DNA of 64,000 bases, from positions 10,809 through 74,808 of the forward strand of contig WJIJ01000019.1 of NCBI GenBank assembly GCA_014730345.1. The letters are read 5' to 3'. Position 1 is the stretch's first letter, and each line of letters opens with the position of its first letter. Source of the DNA: Candidatus Zixiibacteriota bacterium (GTDB taxonomy: Bacteria; Zixibacteria; MSB-5A5; UM-FILTER-46-8). Below are positions 40,528-51,583 of this stretch, piece after piece. A model generated the notes under the pieces. It was not told the origin of the DNA. It made no database searches and was given only the letters and a program-made list of their open reading frames with translations. A program made the translations under genes and the position numbers.

Positions 40528-41937
40528 TTATATCAATTTCTCAAGCCATTTCTCGCGTTTAAAATACATGAAAAATAGCACCGTCCCCGCGTATCCGGAA
40601 AAGACCATTGACCACCATACCGCCGTGTGATCGAAATCCAATAACTTCGTGGTAATTAGAATTGCGGGGATTAGCAGTATCCATGAATAAATCAGCGAGA
40701 ACACCATCGACGGTTTATTATCTCCCGCGCCGGCATATATCATTTCAATTACCTTGGCTATGCCAATCGCGGGCAATGTCATAGCAAGTATCCGTATGAC
40801 CTCTTTTCCCAACGACACGAGAGGCTCGGTGTCGAAGAAGAATTTTACTATAAAATCCGCGCCCAGTATAAAAAACAAAGAAAACCCGGTCATTACCGCG
40901 GCTGTAAATAAAATCGATTTGTATGCTGTTTCTTTAGCCCGGTCGAATTTTTTAGCGCCGAGATTCTGCCCGGTTAATGCCGATACCCCGAGCCCCATTC
41001 CCACAACTATCATAATAGCCATCGCCGTTACCCTCATTCCGACTCCATAAGCCGCTACAACGTTGGTCCCGAACACGGTTACCATGGGCATAATCACCAA
41101 ACGCGAAAGAGAAAAGCTGATTGAATTAATCCCTGAAGGAAAACCGATTTTTATCATTTGCCAGATTCGAAGCATGGAGACGCGCATCTGCCCCTTAAGA
41201 TGCAACCTTACAGAAGTAAAACCTCCGTAAAATATAACTAATCCGACAATGAACGCGAAGCTCCTCGATATCACCGATGCGAGGGCGGCGCCCCGGATAC
41301 CCATCTCCGGGAAAATCCACCACCCGAAGATAAGGAAGGGGTCCAGGGCCATATTCAGGACCACGCCGGCTATCATCAAGCCCATCGCCTTGTTAGGATC
41401 GCCAACACCGCGGAGGGCTGTATAAATCGTAAATACAGCGAATGAGACTCCTAATCCATACAATTGGATTATTCCATACTCGATACTCAGTTGAAGAACA
41501 TTCGTCTCCGCCCCCAGCAATGCCAATATCTGCCTGATGAATATATATCCGAGTATACCGAAAAATATCGCCAGCATCCATTTCAGGAGAATAGCTTCCT
41601 TAATGGCGGCCTCGGTCGCCGGAAAATCCTTCTCCCCGTATCGCCTGGATATTAACGCGACTGAACCAGTTCCGGCTATCTGGTTGGCGGAGGAAATTAC
41701 CCAGTAGAATGAAAAGAAAATTGTAATCGCGGCTACATTCTCCGGCCCCAGTTTCGCCACCCAGAACATATCCACAACATCATACAGATTTACTGCCGCG
41801 AAACCTATCATCGACGGCAGGCCCATCTTGAATATTGAACCGAAGATACTTCCTTCGGTGAGATCGTATTTGGGGGGAGTTTTGGCAGGGGATAAGTGCC
41901 CGAATTCGTCGGTAAACCTATCTCTGTCGCTTCTCAA
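40528..41937 (-). CDS. MATE-family efflux transporter
   Basis: 469 aa with about 12 predicted TM helices. N-terminal LTEGSIFGSIFKMGLPSMIGFAAVNLYDVVDMFWV matches the MATE (NorM/DinF) consensus. Confidence 0.8.
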   Translation of the reverse strand: MRSDRDRFTDEFGHLSPAKTPPKYDLTEGSIFGSIFKMGLPSMIGFAAVNLYDVVDMFWVAKLGPENVAAITIFFSFYWVISSANQIAGTGSVALISRRYGEKDFPATEAAIKEAILLKWMLAIFFGILGYIFIRQILALLGAETNVLQLSIEYGIIQLYGLGVSFAVFTIYTALRGVGDPNKAMGLMIAGVVLNMALDPFLIFGWWIFPEMGIRGAALASVISRSFAFIVGLVIFYGGFTSVRLHLKGQMRVSMLRIWQMIKIGFPSGINSISFSLSRLVIMPMVTVFGTNVVAAYGVGMRVTAMAIMIVVGMGLGVSALTGQNLGAKKFDRAKETAYKSILFTAAVMTGFSLFFILGADFIVKFFFDTEPLVSLGKEVIRILAMTLPAIGIAKVIEMIYAGAGDNKPSMVFSLIYSWILLIPAILITTKLLDFDHTAVWWSMVFSGYAGTVLFFMYFKREKWLEKLI

Positions 41938-42946
41938 TTTTGTCCAATAACTCTTTAGATTTCTTTAAGTATTCCGGGGCATCGTGATAGTCAACTATTT
42001 TCTCCTCGAGCTTAATACCTTCCTCGAGGTTAGATACGGCGGCTTCGAGATTATTCTGGTTAAATTGCGCGAGGGCGATAAGATAGCGCAGTTCCACTTC
42101 AGCGTTTGGATGATAATAGTGAGAATCTTTAATTGCCTGCAAAAGCCTGCGATAAATATCCTCGGAATTGCCCCATTGCCCGAGCTGGGCGTAACCGTCG
42201 CCGAGCCACCAGAAAGCATAAGGGTCATTTGGGTTTATGGATTCGAGGTACTTGTACCATACATCGAACATTTTCTCGAAATCCTTTTCATTATGATAAA
42301 CCCGGACAAGCGCGTAGAGGCATTCATTTGGAGAGTATTTCCCCTTTTCGACTGCCTTCCACATATACTCAATACCCTGTTCACGCCGGTCAGAGAAGAA
42401 CGGTAGCCACCAGAGAACCTTGGTTTTCGCCGAACGCCAGTAATCATAGGAGCCTAATCCGTAATATACATCGTAATTGGTGGAATCGATTTCAAGCGCT
42501 TTTTCCAGTTTGCCCCTGGCGCGGGCGCCGTCTTTGAATGCTCCCCACCAATCCCCCTGGTCGGATTTATATATCCCGCGGTAACCGAGCGCGGCGCCAT
42601 AATAAAAATAATCCTCGTCAGTTCCAACTTTGTCCTCCGCTCTTTTCTCCCCAAGGGTAACTGCCGAATCGATATATGCCTCAAAATCATCCCGGTATTC
42701 AGGATTTCTGTATTCGTTTATTAAACAAAGATATGTAGCCGCGATATAAAAATAGGGCATGGGAGTCCCCGGACTAATTTCAATCAGTTCTTTAAAAGTC
42801 TCTATTCCTTCAAGAAAATCCTCATTATGAACCTGTCTGATTGCCCCTATAACTATGCTGTCGACTTCGGGATTGCCGATTGCGAACGCTTCGGCGTGAA
42901 CGAAAATTGCGCTTAAAATTATGAATAAACTAATTAATTTTTTCAT
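41918..42946 (-). CDS. Secreted TPR-repeat protein
   Basis: Start at MKKLISLFIILSAIFVHAEA (signal peptide). Multiple TPR/Sel1-like helices (W..GDGYAQLGQWG, YYGLGSYDYW). Overlaps the MATE start by 20 nt on the same strand. Confidence 0.6.
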   Translation of the reverse strand: MKKLISLFIILSAIFVHAEAFAIGNPEVDSIVIGAIRQVHNEDFLEGIETFKELIEISPGTPMPYFYIAATYLCLINEYRNPEYRDDFEAYIDSAVTLGEKRAEDKVGTDEDYFYYGAALGYRGIYKSDQGDWWGAFKDGARARGKLEKALEIDSTNYDVYYGLGSYDYWRSAKTKVLWWLPFFSDRREQGIEYMWKAVEKGKYSPNECLYALVRVYHNEKDFEKMFDVWYKYLESINPNDPYAFWWLGDGYAQLGQWGNSEDIYRRLLQAIKDSHYYHPNAEVELRYLIALAQFNQNNLEAAVSNLEEGIKLEEKIVDYHDAPEYLKKSKELLDKIEKRQR

Positions 42947-43402
42947 TTTATCTGGCCTGAATATTCGTGGTTTAAAAATTTTAAAAGTATTCTCATGTTT
43001 GACAAAAAGCAAGAGTTTTATTTTCCATATAATTATACCTGATTGCCATATAACAACTTCGAACTACGAAATATTCAAGCATCATTAGCTGAATGTTATG
43101 GAATTGTTAGATTTTACTTGACACAAAAGGGGTAGATTTTTATATTAGGATAACCTAAAAAGGTTGGTTCTCTCAGAATAGAGGGATGTTCTTCTTACAG
43201 TATTAATACATCAGTAATTATTTTTCTTCTCTAACAGGGCAGGTTAGGATTTTAGAATGCAGTGGCCGTTCGTGATGGCGATTTATATCAATATTATATA
43301 CGGGTTTTATATTTTGCGAGAAGGGAGGTGTTAAACCGAAGTATTCTCGTTTTCGTCATTCTAACTCATTTAATAATTAACCAAATCTTTACGGAGGTTT
43401 AA

Positions 43403-45727
43403 ATGAAACTTTCACGCGTATTTGCTTTATCGATTCTCAGCCTTCTGGTGGTTTCTTCCTTCGCTTTTGGCGGCTTGACCCAGGAAGAACTGGCTAAAAA
43501 GATCGCCGACAATCCCAACATGTACAATGACAAGGGCGATTTGATCACCACCCCGGTAGGCCAGGAAGAGATATTTGGCTCGGGTAACGACTCCTACGGT
43601 AATACCTGGATCGATTCCGATGAACCAGGTGGTCCCGCTTATAACTGGATAGATGTAACCAGCCTTCCGGGAGCGACCCAGCTTTCTCCCGGCGATGACT
43701 GGAACAGCGGTCCTCTTGCCTTGGGCTTTAATGTATTCCAATATGGCAACAGCTACAGCAATCTCTATGTTTGCTCCAATGGCTGGACCAGCTTCACCAG
43801 TACTTTGACCACCTATTTTAACCAGCCTTTACCGTACGCGTCGGGCCCCTTTGATCTGGTTGCTCCCTACTGGGACGACCTTAATCCGAGTGCCGGCGGC
43901 CAGATGTGGTTCTGGACCAATAGCACCGACAGCGCTATCGTAGCCTGGCTGGGCGTACCTCATTATTCCAACGACGGCGCCGTTACCATGGAAATGATCA
44001 TAACCGGTCAGCAGATATTCTTCATGTATGACTCTTTAAACTTCCCGGTTGCTGGTAACGGAAGCGGTACCATTGGTATGCAAAACCAGGATGGTACCGT
44101 GGGAATGCAGATTCGTTATAATACTGTATTCACCTATGACGACTATGCCGTCCAGATTGACCTGGCTCTGCCGGCCGCTGATGACATAGTCGGTGATGAA
44201 ATTCTTGCCGGTATTATGTATGTCGACAGCGCGTACACTCCGCAGGCTGTCTTCACCAACGCCGGTACCAATGACCAGACCGATGTACCTGTATGGTTTG
44301 AAATCTGGTTCGGCGGAAGCATGGTCTACCAGGATGATACTACAATCGACCTTCTTTCCGGTCAGAGCGGAACTGCTACATTCATGGATTATACTCCGAC
44401 CACACCGGGTTATTATGTTCTTGAAGCTTATGCCGCGTTACCGGGCGATGAAAATCCTGGCAACGACTATTGCCCGACTGATTCGACATTCGCTTATAAC
44501 TTCCCGACTCCTCAGCACTTCGAGGACTTCGAAGCTAACAACGGCGCTTTCCTTGGCGACGGCGACTGGGAGTGGGGCGCACCGACCTCTGGTCCTGGAA
44601 GCGCGTACTCCGGTTCCAACGTATGGGCTACCGTACTTGGCGGAGACTATAACATAAGCACTCTTTCCGAGTTGATCACTCCGTACTTCTACCTGAGTGA
44701 TGCCAGCCCGACCCTCGCCTTCTGGCATTGGTTCGACACCGAAGCCAGTTATGACGGCGGTAACATGGAAATCACCACCGACAACGGCGCGACCTGGACA
44801 ATTATACCCAACCTGCCGTACACCGGTACTGCCAACTCCGCCAACCCGATTGGCAATGGCGAACCGATTATTACCGGTCATGACCAGGGATTCTGGGAAT
44901 TCGTTATCGTTGACCTGAGCGCTTATGCCGGCGATACCGTACGCTTCAAATATGTGTTCGGCGCCGATGGTAGTGTAACCTATCCCGGCTGGTATTTCGA
45001 TGATTTCCTCGTAGCCGGCGGTGAGAGAATTGACGTAGCGGCCCTGACCTGTAATGTCAATATCCTTACCCCGACTGTACCGTCTATCAATGGCGATATT
45101 GTGTTCGATCTCGAAATCACCAATACCGGTACTCTCGTATATCCTGAAGTCTACGGTGAGATCTATCCGACCATAGGCGACTGCGCTACTGGTCAGGTCT
45201 TTGACTTCAACCTCGCCAGACAGCTTACCGCTGATCTGCAGATCGGCGAATCCTTCGTCGGCAGATACTTCTATCATGTGGTAGATGTAAGCGGCTTAGG
45301 CTTGAGCCAGGTTGCTCTTACCGCTGATGTCGGTATGGGTGTCGATGACTATCAGGCCCAGTGCTGTGATGAGTTCCACTTCACCAATCCGTGGGGACGC
45401 AGTGGCGGCGAAGTCATTTGGGGTGACAAGTGGCTCGATCGTGAAGACGGAATGGCTCTGCCGACTGTAACCAGCCTCGGCCAGAACTATCCGAATCCGT
45501 TCAACGCTACCACCAGCATTCCGTTCAACCTCGCCGAGGAAGGCAATGTAACCATAAAGGTTTACAACCTTACCGGTCAGCTGGTTGAAACCCTTGTTGA
45601 TGGTAAGTACTCCGCTGGCAACCATGTAGCCACCTGGGATGCTTCTACCGTATCCTCCGGCGTCTACTTCTACAGCCTTGAAGCGGGCGACTACAGCACC
45701 ACCAAGAAGATGAATCTCTTGAAGTAA
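43403..45727 (+). CDS. Hypothetical secreted protein with MAM-like/jelly-roll domain and T9SS type-A C-terminal sorting domain
   Basis: 774 aa. Signal peptide MKLSRVFALSILSLLVVSSFAFG. A central W..G.......W..FW...D...EITTDNGATW block. C-terminus NYPNPFNATTSIPFNLAEEGNVTIKVYNLTGQLV...GVYFYSL...KKMNLLK. Confidence 0.6.
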   Translation: MKLSRVFALSILSLLVVSSFAFGGLTQEELAKKIADNPNMYNDKGDLITTPVGQEEIFGSGNDSYGNTWIDSDEPGGPAYNWIDVTSLPGATQLSPGDDWNSGPLALGFNVFQYGNSYSNLYVCSNGWTSFTSTLTTYFNQPLPYASGPFDLVAPYWDDLNPSAGGQMWFWTNSTDSAIVAWLGVPHYSNDGAVTMEMIITGQQIFFMYDSLNFPVAGNGSGTIGMQNQDGTVGMQIRYNTVFTYDDYAVQIDLALPAADDIVGDEILAGIMYVDSAYTPQAVFTNAGTNDQTDVPVWFEIWFGGSMVYQDDTTIDLLSGQSGTATFMDYTPTTPGYYVLEAYAALPGDENPGNDYCPTDSTFAYNFPTPQHFEDFEANNGAFLGDGDWEWGAPTSGPGSAYSGSNVWATVLGGDYNISTLSELITPYFYLSDASPTLAFWHWFDTEASYDGGNMEITTDNGATWTIIPNLPYTGTANSANPIGNGEPIITGHDQGFWEFVIVDLSAYAGDTVRFKYVFGADGSVTYPGWYFDDFLVAGGERIDVAALTCNVNILTPTVPSINGDIVFDLEITNTGTLVYPEVYGEIYPTIGDCATGQVFDFNLARQLTADLQIGESFVGRYFYHVVDVSGLGLSQVALTADVGMGVDDYQAQCCDEFHFTNPWGRSGGEVIWGDKWLDREDGMALPTVTSLGQNYPNPFNATTSIPFNLAEEGNVTIKVYNLTGQLVETLVDGKYSAGNHVATWDASTVSSGVYFYSLEAGDYSTTKKMNLLK

Positions 45728-45758
45728 TATTATACTTTAAGTAGTTTCAAATACTTGA

Positions 45759-45785
45759 CCCCCCGTTTTCCGGGGGGTTTTTTAT
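45759..45785 (+). terminator. Rho-independent terminator
   Basis: CCCCCCG-ttttc-CGGGGGG stem followed by TTTTTTAT. Lies 31 nt after the stop of the 43403-45727 gene. Confidence 0.7.
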
Positions 45786-45935
45786 TTCAGTTCACCTCCG
45801 CTTCAGCTATAAATCGCGCCATTAAAAACTACTTGATTATTCGGGGGAATTTTGTATATTGAAAAGGCGTAGTAGCGTAGATATTTAGGACATAATGTAT
45901 TGGTAGATATAAAATTAGAAAATTCGGAGGTTGTC

Positions 45936-48884
45936 GTGAAATTAGCGAAAAAAGCGGGATTAATGTTGTTGCTTTCATTGATTCTTTCAATCCCTGCTTC
46001 CTATGGGGCTGAATTGAGTCCCGGTTTGGAGGAAGCTTTAACCAATAATGGGCCTGATGAACCGGTTAAAGCAATAGTGTATCTAAAAAGCCAATTCGAT
46101 ACACGCCAGTTGGACCTGGAATTATCAACCCGGCAGGCAAACCGCCAGGAGCGCCACGAGGAAGTCATTACGGCGTTGAGAGACCACGCTCAATCGACCC
46201 AGGATGATTTGATCAACCTTATGGAGCAGGCCAAACTTGATGGCAGGGTAGTTGGTTACAGGCCATTCTGGATCGTGAATGCTATCGCTGTACAAGCCAA
46301 CAGGGTAGGTATCGATGCCCTAAGGATACATCCTGATGTTGATAAATTAGTCCTTGACCGCGAAGTCGAATTAATCGAACCCGTAGAAAAGGGAAAAGGA
46401 ACACCGCCGGAGATTGCCAGTGTAGAAGCAGGATTAAGGGCTATCAAGGCCGATTCGGCCTGGATGATGGGCTACACCGGGCAAGGCAGGTTAGTATGTA
46501 ATTTCGACACCGGCGTTGACGGTTACCATCCCGCGTTGAATCAAAAATGGCGGGGATGGGACCTGCGTTATATGGGACATCCCGAATGGGCATGGTACGA
46601 TTCGGTATCGCAGAGTTCATTCCCGTTTGACTCAAATGGCCACGGCACTCATACCATGGGGACAATTTGCGGCTTAGGGCAGACAACAGGAGATACAATA
46701 GGCGTAGCTCACGGCGCTCAATGGATTGCCGCCGCATGTATAGACACCGGTGGCGGTACATCGGATATTTTAGCCGCTTACGAATGGTGCGCCGATCCCG
46801 ACCGCAACCCGCAGACGGTATGGGATGTGCCTGACGTTTGTTCCAACTCGTGGGGTTATTCGCCCCTTTATCATGGCGTTGAACCATGCGATGAAACTTT
46901 TTGGGATGCTATCGATAACTGCGAAGCGGCTGGTATCGTGGTAATATTCGCCGCGGGTAATGAAGGGCCCAATCCGAGCACCCTGCGTACACCGGGAGAC
47001 AGGGCGACTACTGATGTGAATATTCTCTCTGTCGGCGCTATCAACGGCAATAATCCCGATTATCCCATAGCGGGATTTTCCAGCAGGGGACCATGCGATT
47101 GCACGCCCACTGCTGATACTACCTTTAAACCGGAAGTTGTCGCACCGGGAGTCCAGGTTCGTTCATCCGTACCGGGAGGCGGTTATGAAGGCAACTGGAG
47201 CGGTACATCGATGGCCTGTCCCCATGTAGCCGGAGCGGCGGCCATTTTAAGGCAGGTCAATCCCGACGCGACGGTCGATGATGTCAAATTCGCCCTGTTA
47301 AGTACCGCCGTTGACCTCGGCGAAACCGGGGAAGATAATAATTATGGGATGGGTATAATCGATATTATGGCCGCTATAGACGCATTGCCTACCGGTCCTT
47401 CGCCATATCTCTATATATCCGATGTTATCACTCCCGATGGCAATGACAGCATACCATATCCTGGTGAAGAAATAAATGGTATCGTTACTCTTACCAACAG
47501 CGGAAGCCTACCGGCGGAGGATGTTTTCGCTTTGTTAAGCACCGAGGACTCATTTGCCACCGTAACCCAGGATTCGGCTTTCTTCGGAGATATCGATTCC
47601 GGCAATGCCGCGAATAACGAGGATTACCCCTATGTAATCTCAATTTCCAATGATACTCCCGAAGGTTACGTTACCACATTCGTGCTGGATATTAACGCGG
47701 TAGACTACCGGGCGTTGAGAACCTTCAGCCTGCGCGTTGGTCCGCCGCCTGAAGGTATGATCGCCGACCACGATATCGGTGATGTTAAATTCACCATGTC
47801 CAACTACGGTCAGTATGGGCTGGCTCCCGCGAGCGTAAATCCGCAGAATGGAAGCGGATTCCGGTATCCCCAGAGCGGACAAAACCATCTATTCGAAGGC
47901 GCATTAATGATTGGTACCGGCGCGGACAGGTTGTCATCGGGAGCAAGGCATATCGATGAAACCCCCGGCGATGATTTTGTGCCGTCATCCGAGCTGGTGG
48001 TAATTGAACCGGGCGTTCGGGCTGATGAAGATATAGTTGGCTCCTATAACGACCTCAATGCCAATAATCCCATGAACGTGGAGATTACCCAGACCTCGAT
48101 GGCATATGCAGTTGATCCGTTCCGGAATTTCGTGATAATCGAATACCTGGTAATCAATAATGGTTCGGAAGAATTGAGCGATATTTACGCCGCCCAGTTC
48201 GCCGATTGGGATTTCCTGGATGCTACCGCCGACCTGGGCAACTTCTCACGCGATTATAGGCTCGGCTACATGTATCAGAACCAGGGCTCTAATTACCGCG
48301 GTATAGCCGTGTTAAACGAAGAGGGCGTAAGTTCTTTCGCCTGCGTCCGCAACGACCCGGATGTTTATTATAATTTCGATGATGCCATGAAGTGGGATTT
48401 AATGACCCGCGGTTTCGATGATACAACGTACTATCCCGCCGAAGACGGTTCCATGTGTATAACAACCGGCCCGTTTAATCTTGGCCCCGGCGAGAGCGAT
48501 ACAATAGCTTTCGCGTATATCGGGGCGAATGATTTAAGCGACCTCGAAATCTCTGCTGATAACGCTTATATGCGTTACTGGGATATAGTCGGCGTTGATG
48601 ACGGTTCTACCAATATCCCTTATGAGTTCGCCTTATCGCAAAACTACCCGAATCCATTCAACCCATCGACGACAATCGGATTTACTATCCCGGAAAATGG
48701 AAATGTTAAGCTCGAGGTTTTGAATGTAATGGGCCAGCGGGTAGCGACGGTAGTAGACGGACGCCTCCTTGCGGGACATCACAGTGTCCAGTTCGATGGA
48801 AGCGAACTTTCATCGGGAGTTTATTTTTACAGGCTTAGAACCGAATCCAATACCGAAGTCCGTAAAATGATATTGCTGAAGTAG
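45936..48884 (+). CDS. Secreted subtilisin-like serine protease (S8) with I9 propeptide and T9SS type-A C-terminal sorting domain
   Basis: The GTG at 45936 is preceded by GGAGG; the track ORF starts at 45900. Signal peptide. I9-like propeptide. Catalytic blocks DTGVD, HGTHTMGT, GTSMACPHVAGAAAIL. C-terminus NYPNPFNPSTTIGFTIPENGNVKLEVLNVMGQRV...GVYFYRL...RKMILLK. Confidence 0.9.
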   Translation: MKLAKKAGLMLLLSLILSIPASYGAELSPGLEEALTNNGPDEPVKAIVYLKSQFDTRQLDLELSTRQANRQERHEEVITALRDHAQSTQDDLINLMEQAKLDGRVVGYRPFWIVNAIAVQANRVGIDALRIHPDVDKLVLDREVELIEPVEKGKGTPPEIASVEAGLRAIKADSAWMMGYTGQGRLVCNFDTGVDGYHPALNQKWRGWDLRYMGHPEWAWYDSVSQSSFPFDSNGHGTHTMGTICGLGQTTGDTIGVAHGAQWIAAACIDTGGGTSDILAAYEWCADPDRNPQTVWDVPDVCSNSWGYSPLYHGVEPCDETFWDAIDNCEAAGIVVIFAAGNEGPNPSTLRTPGDRATTDVNILSVGAINGNNPDYPIAGFSSRGPCDCTPTADTTFKPEVVAPGVQVRSSVPGGGYEGNWSGTSMACPHVAGAAAILRQVNPDATVDDVKFALLSTAVDLGETGEDNNYGMGIIDIMAAIDALPTGPSPYLYISDVITPDGNDSIPYPGEEINGIVTLTNSGSLPAEDVFALLSTEDSFATVTQDSAFFGDIDSGNAANNEDYPYVISISNDTPEGYVTTFVLDINAVDYRALRTFSLRVGPPPEGMIADHDIGDVKFTMSNYGQYGLAPASVNPQNGSGFRYPQSGQNHLFEGALMIGTGADRLSSGARHIDETPGDDFVPSSELVVIEPGVRADEDIVGSYNDLNANNPMNVEITQTSMAYAVDPFRNFVIIEYLVINNGSEELSDIYAAQFADWDFLDATADLGNFSRDYRLGYMYQNQGSNYRGIAVLNEEGVSSFACVRNDPDVYYNFDDAMKWDLMTRGFDDTTYYPAEDGSMCITTGPFNLGPGESDTIAFAYIGANDLSDLEISADNAYMRYWDIVGVDDGSTNIPYEFALSQNYPNPFNPSTTIGFTIPENGNVKLEVLNVMGQRVATVVDGRLLAGHHSVQFDGSELSSGVYFYRLRTESNTEVRKMILLK

Positions 48885-48905
48885 TTTCATAAAGATGACT
48901 GAACA

Positions 48906-48940
48906 AAAACGCCCCCGTTGGACGGGGGCGTTTTGTATTT
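48906..48940. terminator. Bidirectional rho-independent terminator between convergent genes
   Basis: AAAACGCCCCCG-ttgga-CGGGGGCGTTTT. A perfect 12-bp stem with a U-run on both strands. Sits between the S8 protease gene (+) and cydB (-). Confidence 0.7.
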
Positions 48941-48963
48941 TGGGCATTAACAATCAGGCGAAT

Positions 48964-49992
48964 TTAGTAACTCGATTCATCCAATTTTACCTTACCCCGG
49001 AATACCCAGTAGATACTCGATGTATATGCCAGTACTAATGGCATCCCAAGGATTGCGATAACCAGCATTATCCATAGAGTTTTCTGCGATGATGCCGCGT
49101 TGTAAATAGTTAAGCTATTAGCGATGACGGGATTGGACAGGATAAGGTTAGGGTACATCTCGATCCCGAATAAGGCCAGCAATAACAGCACGGAGGCGCA
49201 GGAGGACAGGAATGCCCTGAATTCGCGCCGGTGGTGTATTTCACGGGGTATATTGGCTATAGCAAGCATATTTAACAGCGGTACGACGAACAGCCATGGA
49301 TTGGCCTGTATATTCGCCGACATTTGGGGAACATAAAGCAAAGTAGCCATAGTGGTTATCGCGTAGCTGATGATAAAAAAGATTATCGTGTTATTGATCC
49401 ATCCCCTGACTTTCGATTGCAGTTCACCCTCGGTTTTCAAGACCACATAAATCGCGCCATGCATCATGAACAACGCGACTGTTGTAACTCCGACGATGAG
49501 GGCGTAGGGATGAAGCAATCCCCAGAATGTACCGATAAATTCATGGTTCGAATCCAATGGTATTCCCCAGGCAATATTCCCCAGCGCGACACCGATTAGA
49601 AGGGCAGAGATAATACTGCTTGCGCTGAAGGAAATATCCCAGAACTGCCGCCACGTTTTAGATTCCTGCTTGCTTCGGAATTCGATAGCGACCGCCCTGA
49701 AGATCAATCCCACGAGGAGAAACATCATCGCGACATAAAAACCGGAGAAGGACGTTGCGTAAACCTCGGGAAAAGCGGCGAACAACGCGCCGCCGCCGGT
49801 AACCAGCCAGACTTCGTTGCCGTCCCATACGGGGCCGATTGAATTTATCATCAAACGGCGCTCGGTATCGGATTTAGTGAACAGGTGCAGGGTGCCCACT
49901 CCGAGGTCGAAGCCATCGAGGATGGCATAACCAATGAAAAGTACGCCAACAAGCATGAACCAGATTGTATTCAAATCGAATGTAAAACTCAT
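48964..49992 (-). CDS. cydB: Cytochrome bd ubiquinol oxidase subunit II
   Basis: 342 aa with about 8 TM helices. N-terminal [21 protein letters not shown] is characteristic of CydB. Overlaps cydA by 4 nt. Confidence 0.85.
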   Translation of the reverse strand: MSFTFDLNTIWFMLVGVLFIGYAILDGFDLGVGTLHLFTKSDTERRLMINSIGPVWDGNEVWLVTGGGALFAAFPEVYATSFSGFYVAMMFLLVGLIFRAVAIEFRSKQESKTWRQFWDISFSASSIISALLIGVALGNIAWGIPLDSNHEFIGTFWGLLHPYALIVGVTTVALFMMHGAIYVVLKTEGELQSKVRGWINNTIIFFIISYAITTMATLLYVPQMSANIQANPWLFVVPLLNMLAIANIPREIHHRREFRAFLSSCASVLLLLALFGIEMYPNLILSNPVIANSLTIYNAASSQKTLWIMLVIAILGMPLVLAYTSSIYWVFRGKVKLDESSY

Positions 49993-51335
49993 GACCGCCC
50001 TCCCTCTTTTTTCGCTTTTGTTTCAACGGGTCCATGTTGAATCTTCTCGTTTAAGAGGTAAATAAACAGGATAAACAGAAGAATATAGATAAATGTAAAC
50101 AGCGCCATTGAAAGCCACACATGTCCTTCGCCGATACTTACCGAAAGCGCGTCTTTTGTCCTCAACAGCCCATATACGATCCAGGGCTGCCTGCCGACTT
50201 CGGCTGAGAACCAGCCCAATTGATTGGCAATCTGGGGTAGAAGCACAGAGAATACAAATATCCACAGCAGTTTCCTGTTGGTGAATAATATTCCGGTGCG
50301 CCAACCGATTATGCCTATAACCGACAGCGCGATCAATAACATCCCGATGGATACCATTATATGATAACTCTGGAATACTAAATTTACGGGCGGTCGGTCT
50401 TCTTTGGAAAATGCCTGCAAACCGGTTACAGGTTCATCGGTGTCCCAATGAACAAGGAAGCTTAACAATCCCGGGATTTCCAAACCTGTAACGTCCTCAT
50501 TCTCCTCATCCACCCAACCGAAAAGATATGCGCCCGCCGGAGCTTCGGCGGGGTAATGTCCTTCGAAAGCGGCAAGTTTGGCAGGCTGGGTTTCAGCTAC
50601 TGTATCCGCGCTCCAATGGCCCGTGATAAGCTGGAAAACGGAGGAGAAGAGCGCGATAACGATGGCGATTTTCATTGATGCTTTCGCGAAATCGATGTGC
50701 TTCTTCCTCAATAGATAAAAGGCGCTTACGCTTAGAACAAAAAATGCGCCCGCTTGCCACGCGCCCATGTAAACGTGGCTTATCCGGTCAAGGAAGGAAG
50801 GATTGAAAACAACCTGCCAGAAATCGACGATTTCCGCCCGGACACCATTAGCCGTTTCTACGATATGATGACCCGCCGGGGTCTGTTGCCATGAGTTAGC
50901 CACTACTATCCATATCGCTGAGAAATGCGCCCCGAAAGCGACCATGATAGTTGCGAAAAAGTGGGTTCTCGGTTTTACCTTGTCCCAGCCGAACAGCAAA
51001 ATAGCCAGAAATCCCGATTCGAGGAAAAAGGCGAAAATTCCTTCAGCGGCAAGCGCGCTTCCGAAAACATCGCCGACGAAACGGGAGTAAGTCGCCCAGT
51101 TGGTGCCGAATTGGAATTCCATAACAATTCCGGACGCGACCCCCAGGGCGAAAATCAATCCGAAAATTTTAACCCAGAAGCGAGTCATTTGATGATACAA
51201 TTCGTTCTTGGTTTTTAAGTAAGTTCCTTCCATGATGACCAGGAACAGCCCTAATCCGATACTTAATGGAGGGAAGATGTAATGGAATCCAACCGTATAA
51301 CCGAATTGTATCCGGGAGAGAAGTTCGTAATCCAT
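49989..51335 (-). CDS. cydA: Cytochrome bd ubiquinol oxidase subunit I (short Q-loop type)
   Basis: 448 aa. N-terminal [27 protein letters not shown] and the heme-ligand regions are typical of CydA. Confidence 0.9.
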   Translation of the reverse strand: MDYELLSRIQFGYTVGFHYIFPPLSIGLGLFLVIMEGTYLKTKNELYHQMTRFWVKIFGLIFALGVASGIVMEFQFGTNWATYSRFVGDVFGSALAAEGIFAFFLESGFLAILLFGWDKVKPRTHFFATIMVAFGAHFSAIWIVVANSWQQTPAGHHIVETANGVRAEIVDFWQVVFNPSFLDRISHVYMGAWQAGAFFVLSVSAFYLLRKKHIDFAKASMKIAIVIALFSSVFQLITGHWSADTVAETQPAKLAAFEGHYPAEAPAGAYLFGWVDEENEDVTGLEIPGLLSFLVHWDTDEPVTGLQAFSKEDRPPVNLVFQSYHIMVSIGMLLIALSVIGIIGWRTGILFTNRKLLWIFVFSVLLPQIANQLGWFSAEVGRQPWIVYGLLRTKDALSVSIGEGHVWLSMALFTFIYILLFILFIYLLNEKIQHGPVETKAKKEGGRS

Positions 51336-51583
51336 TTTACTATACCCCGTAACTGAAAATAGTATGTATTATTCAAAAGGTAACATGTGTAAGATTTACA
51401 TATTTTTGTCTTATTCGTCAAGAATTATTGTAGTAATTTATCAGGGTTTTAATTTTAAAGCCTTATGATTGATTACTAAAAAGTCAAGATTAGTTTAAAA
51501 ACTTTGAACAACAAGATTAAATCATGGTTTTATATAGGATATATTAATCTGTTGAACTCTGTAGAAAATTGGAAGGGAATACT

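Noticed and set aside
44438-45277. 279-aa minus-strand ORF, and also the 154-aa plus-strand alternate-frame ORF 44193-44657, inside the 43403-45727 gene
   Set aside because: Fully embedded antisense or alternate-frame ORFs in a GC-biased coding region. The translations are low-complexity (Gly/Val/Arg-rich) with no start context or motifs. The sense-frame gene has signal peptide, domain structure and a T9SS tail.
45900-45935. ATG start at 45900 for the second S8 protease
   Set aside because: A GGAGG Shine-Dalgarno sits 5 nt before the in-frame GTG at 45936, and the signal peptide starts there. The upstream 12 codons are likely 5-prime UTR.
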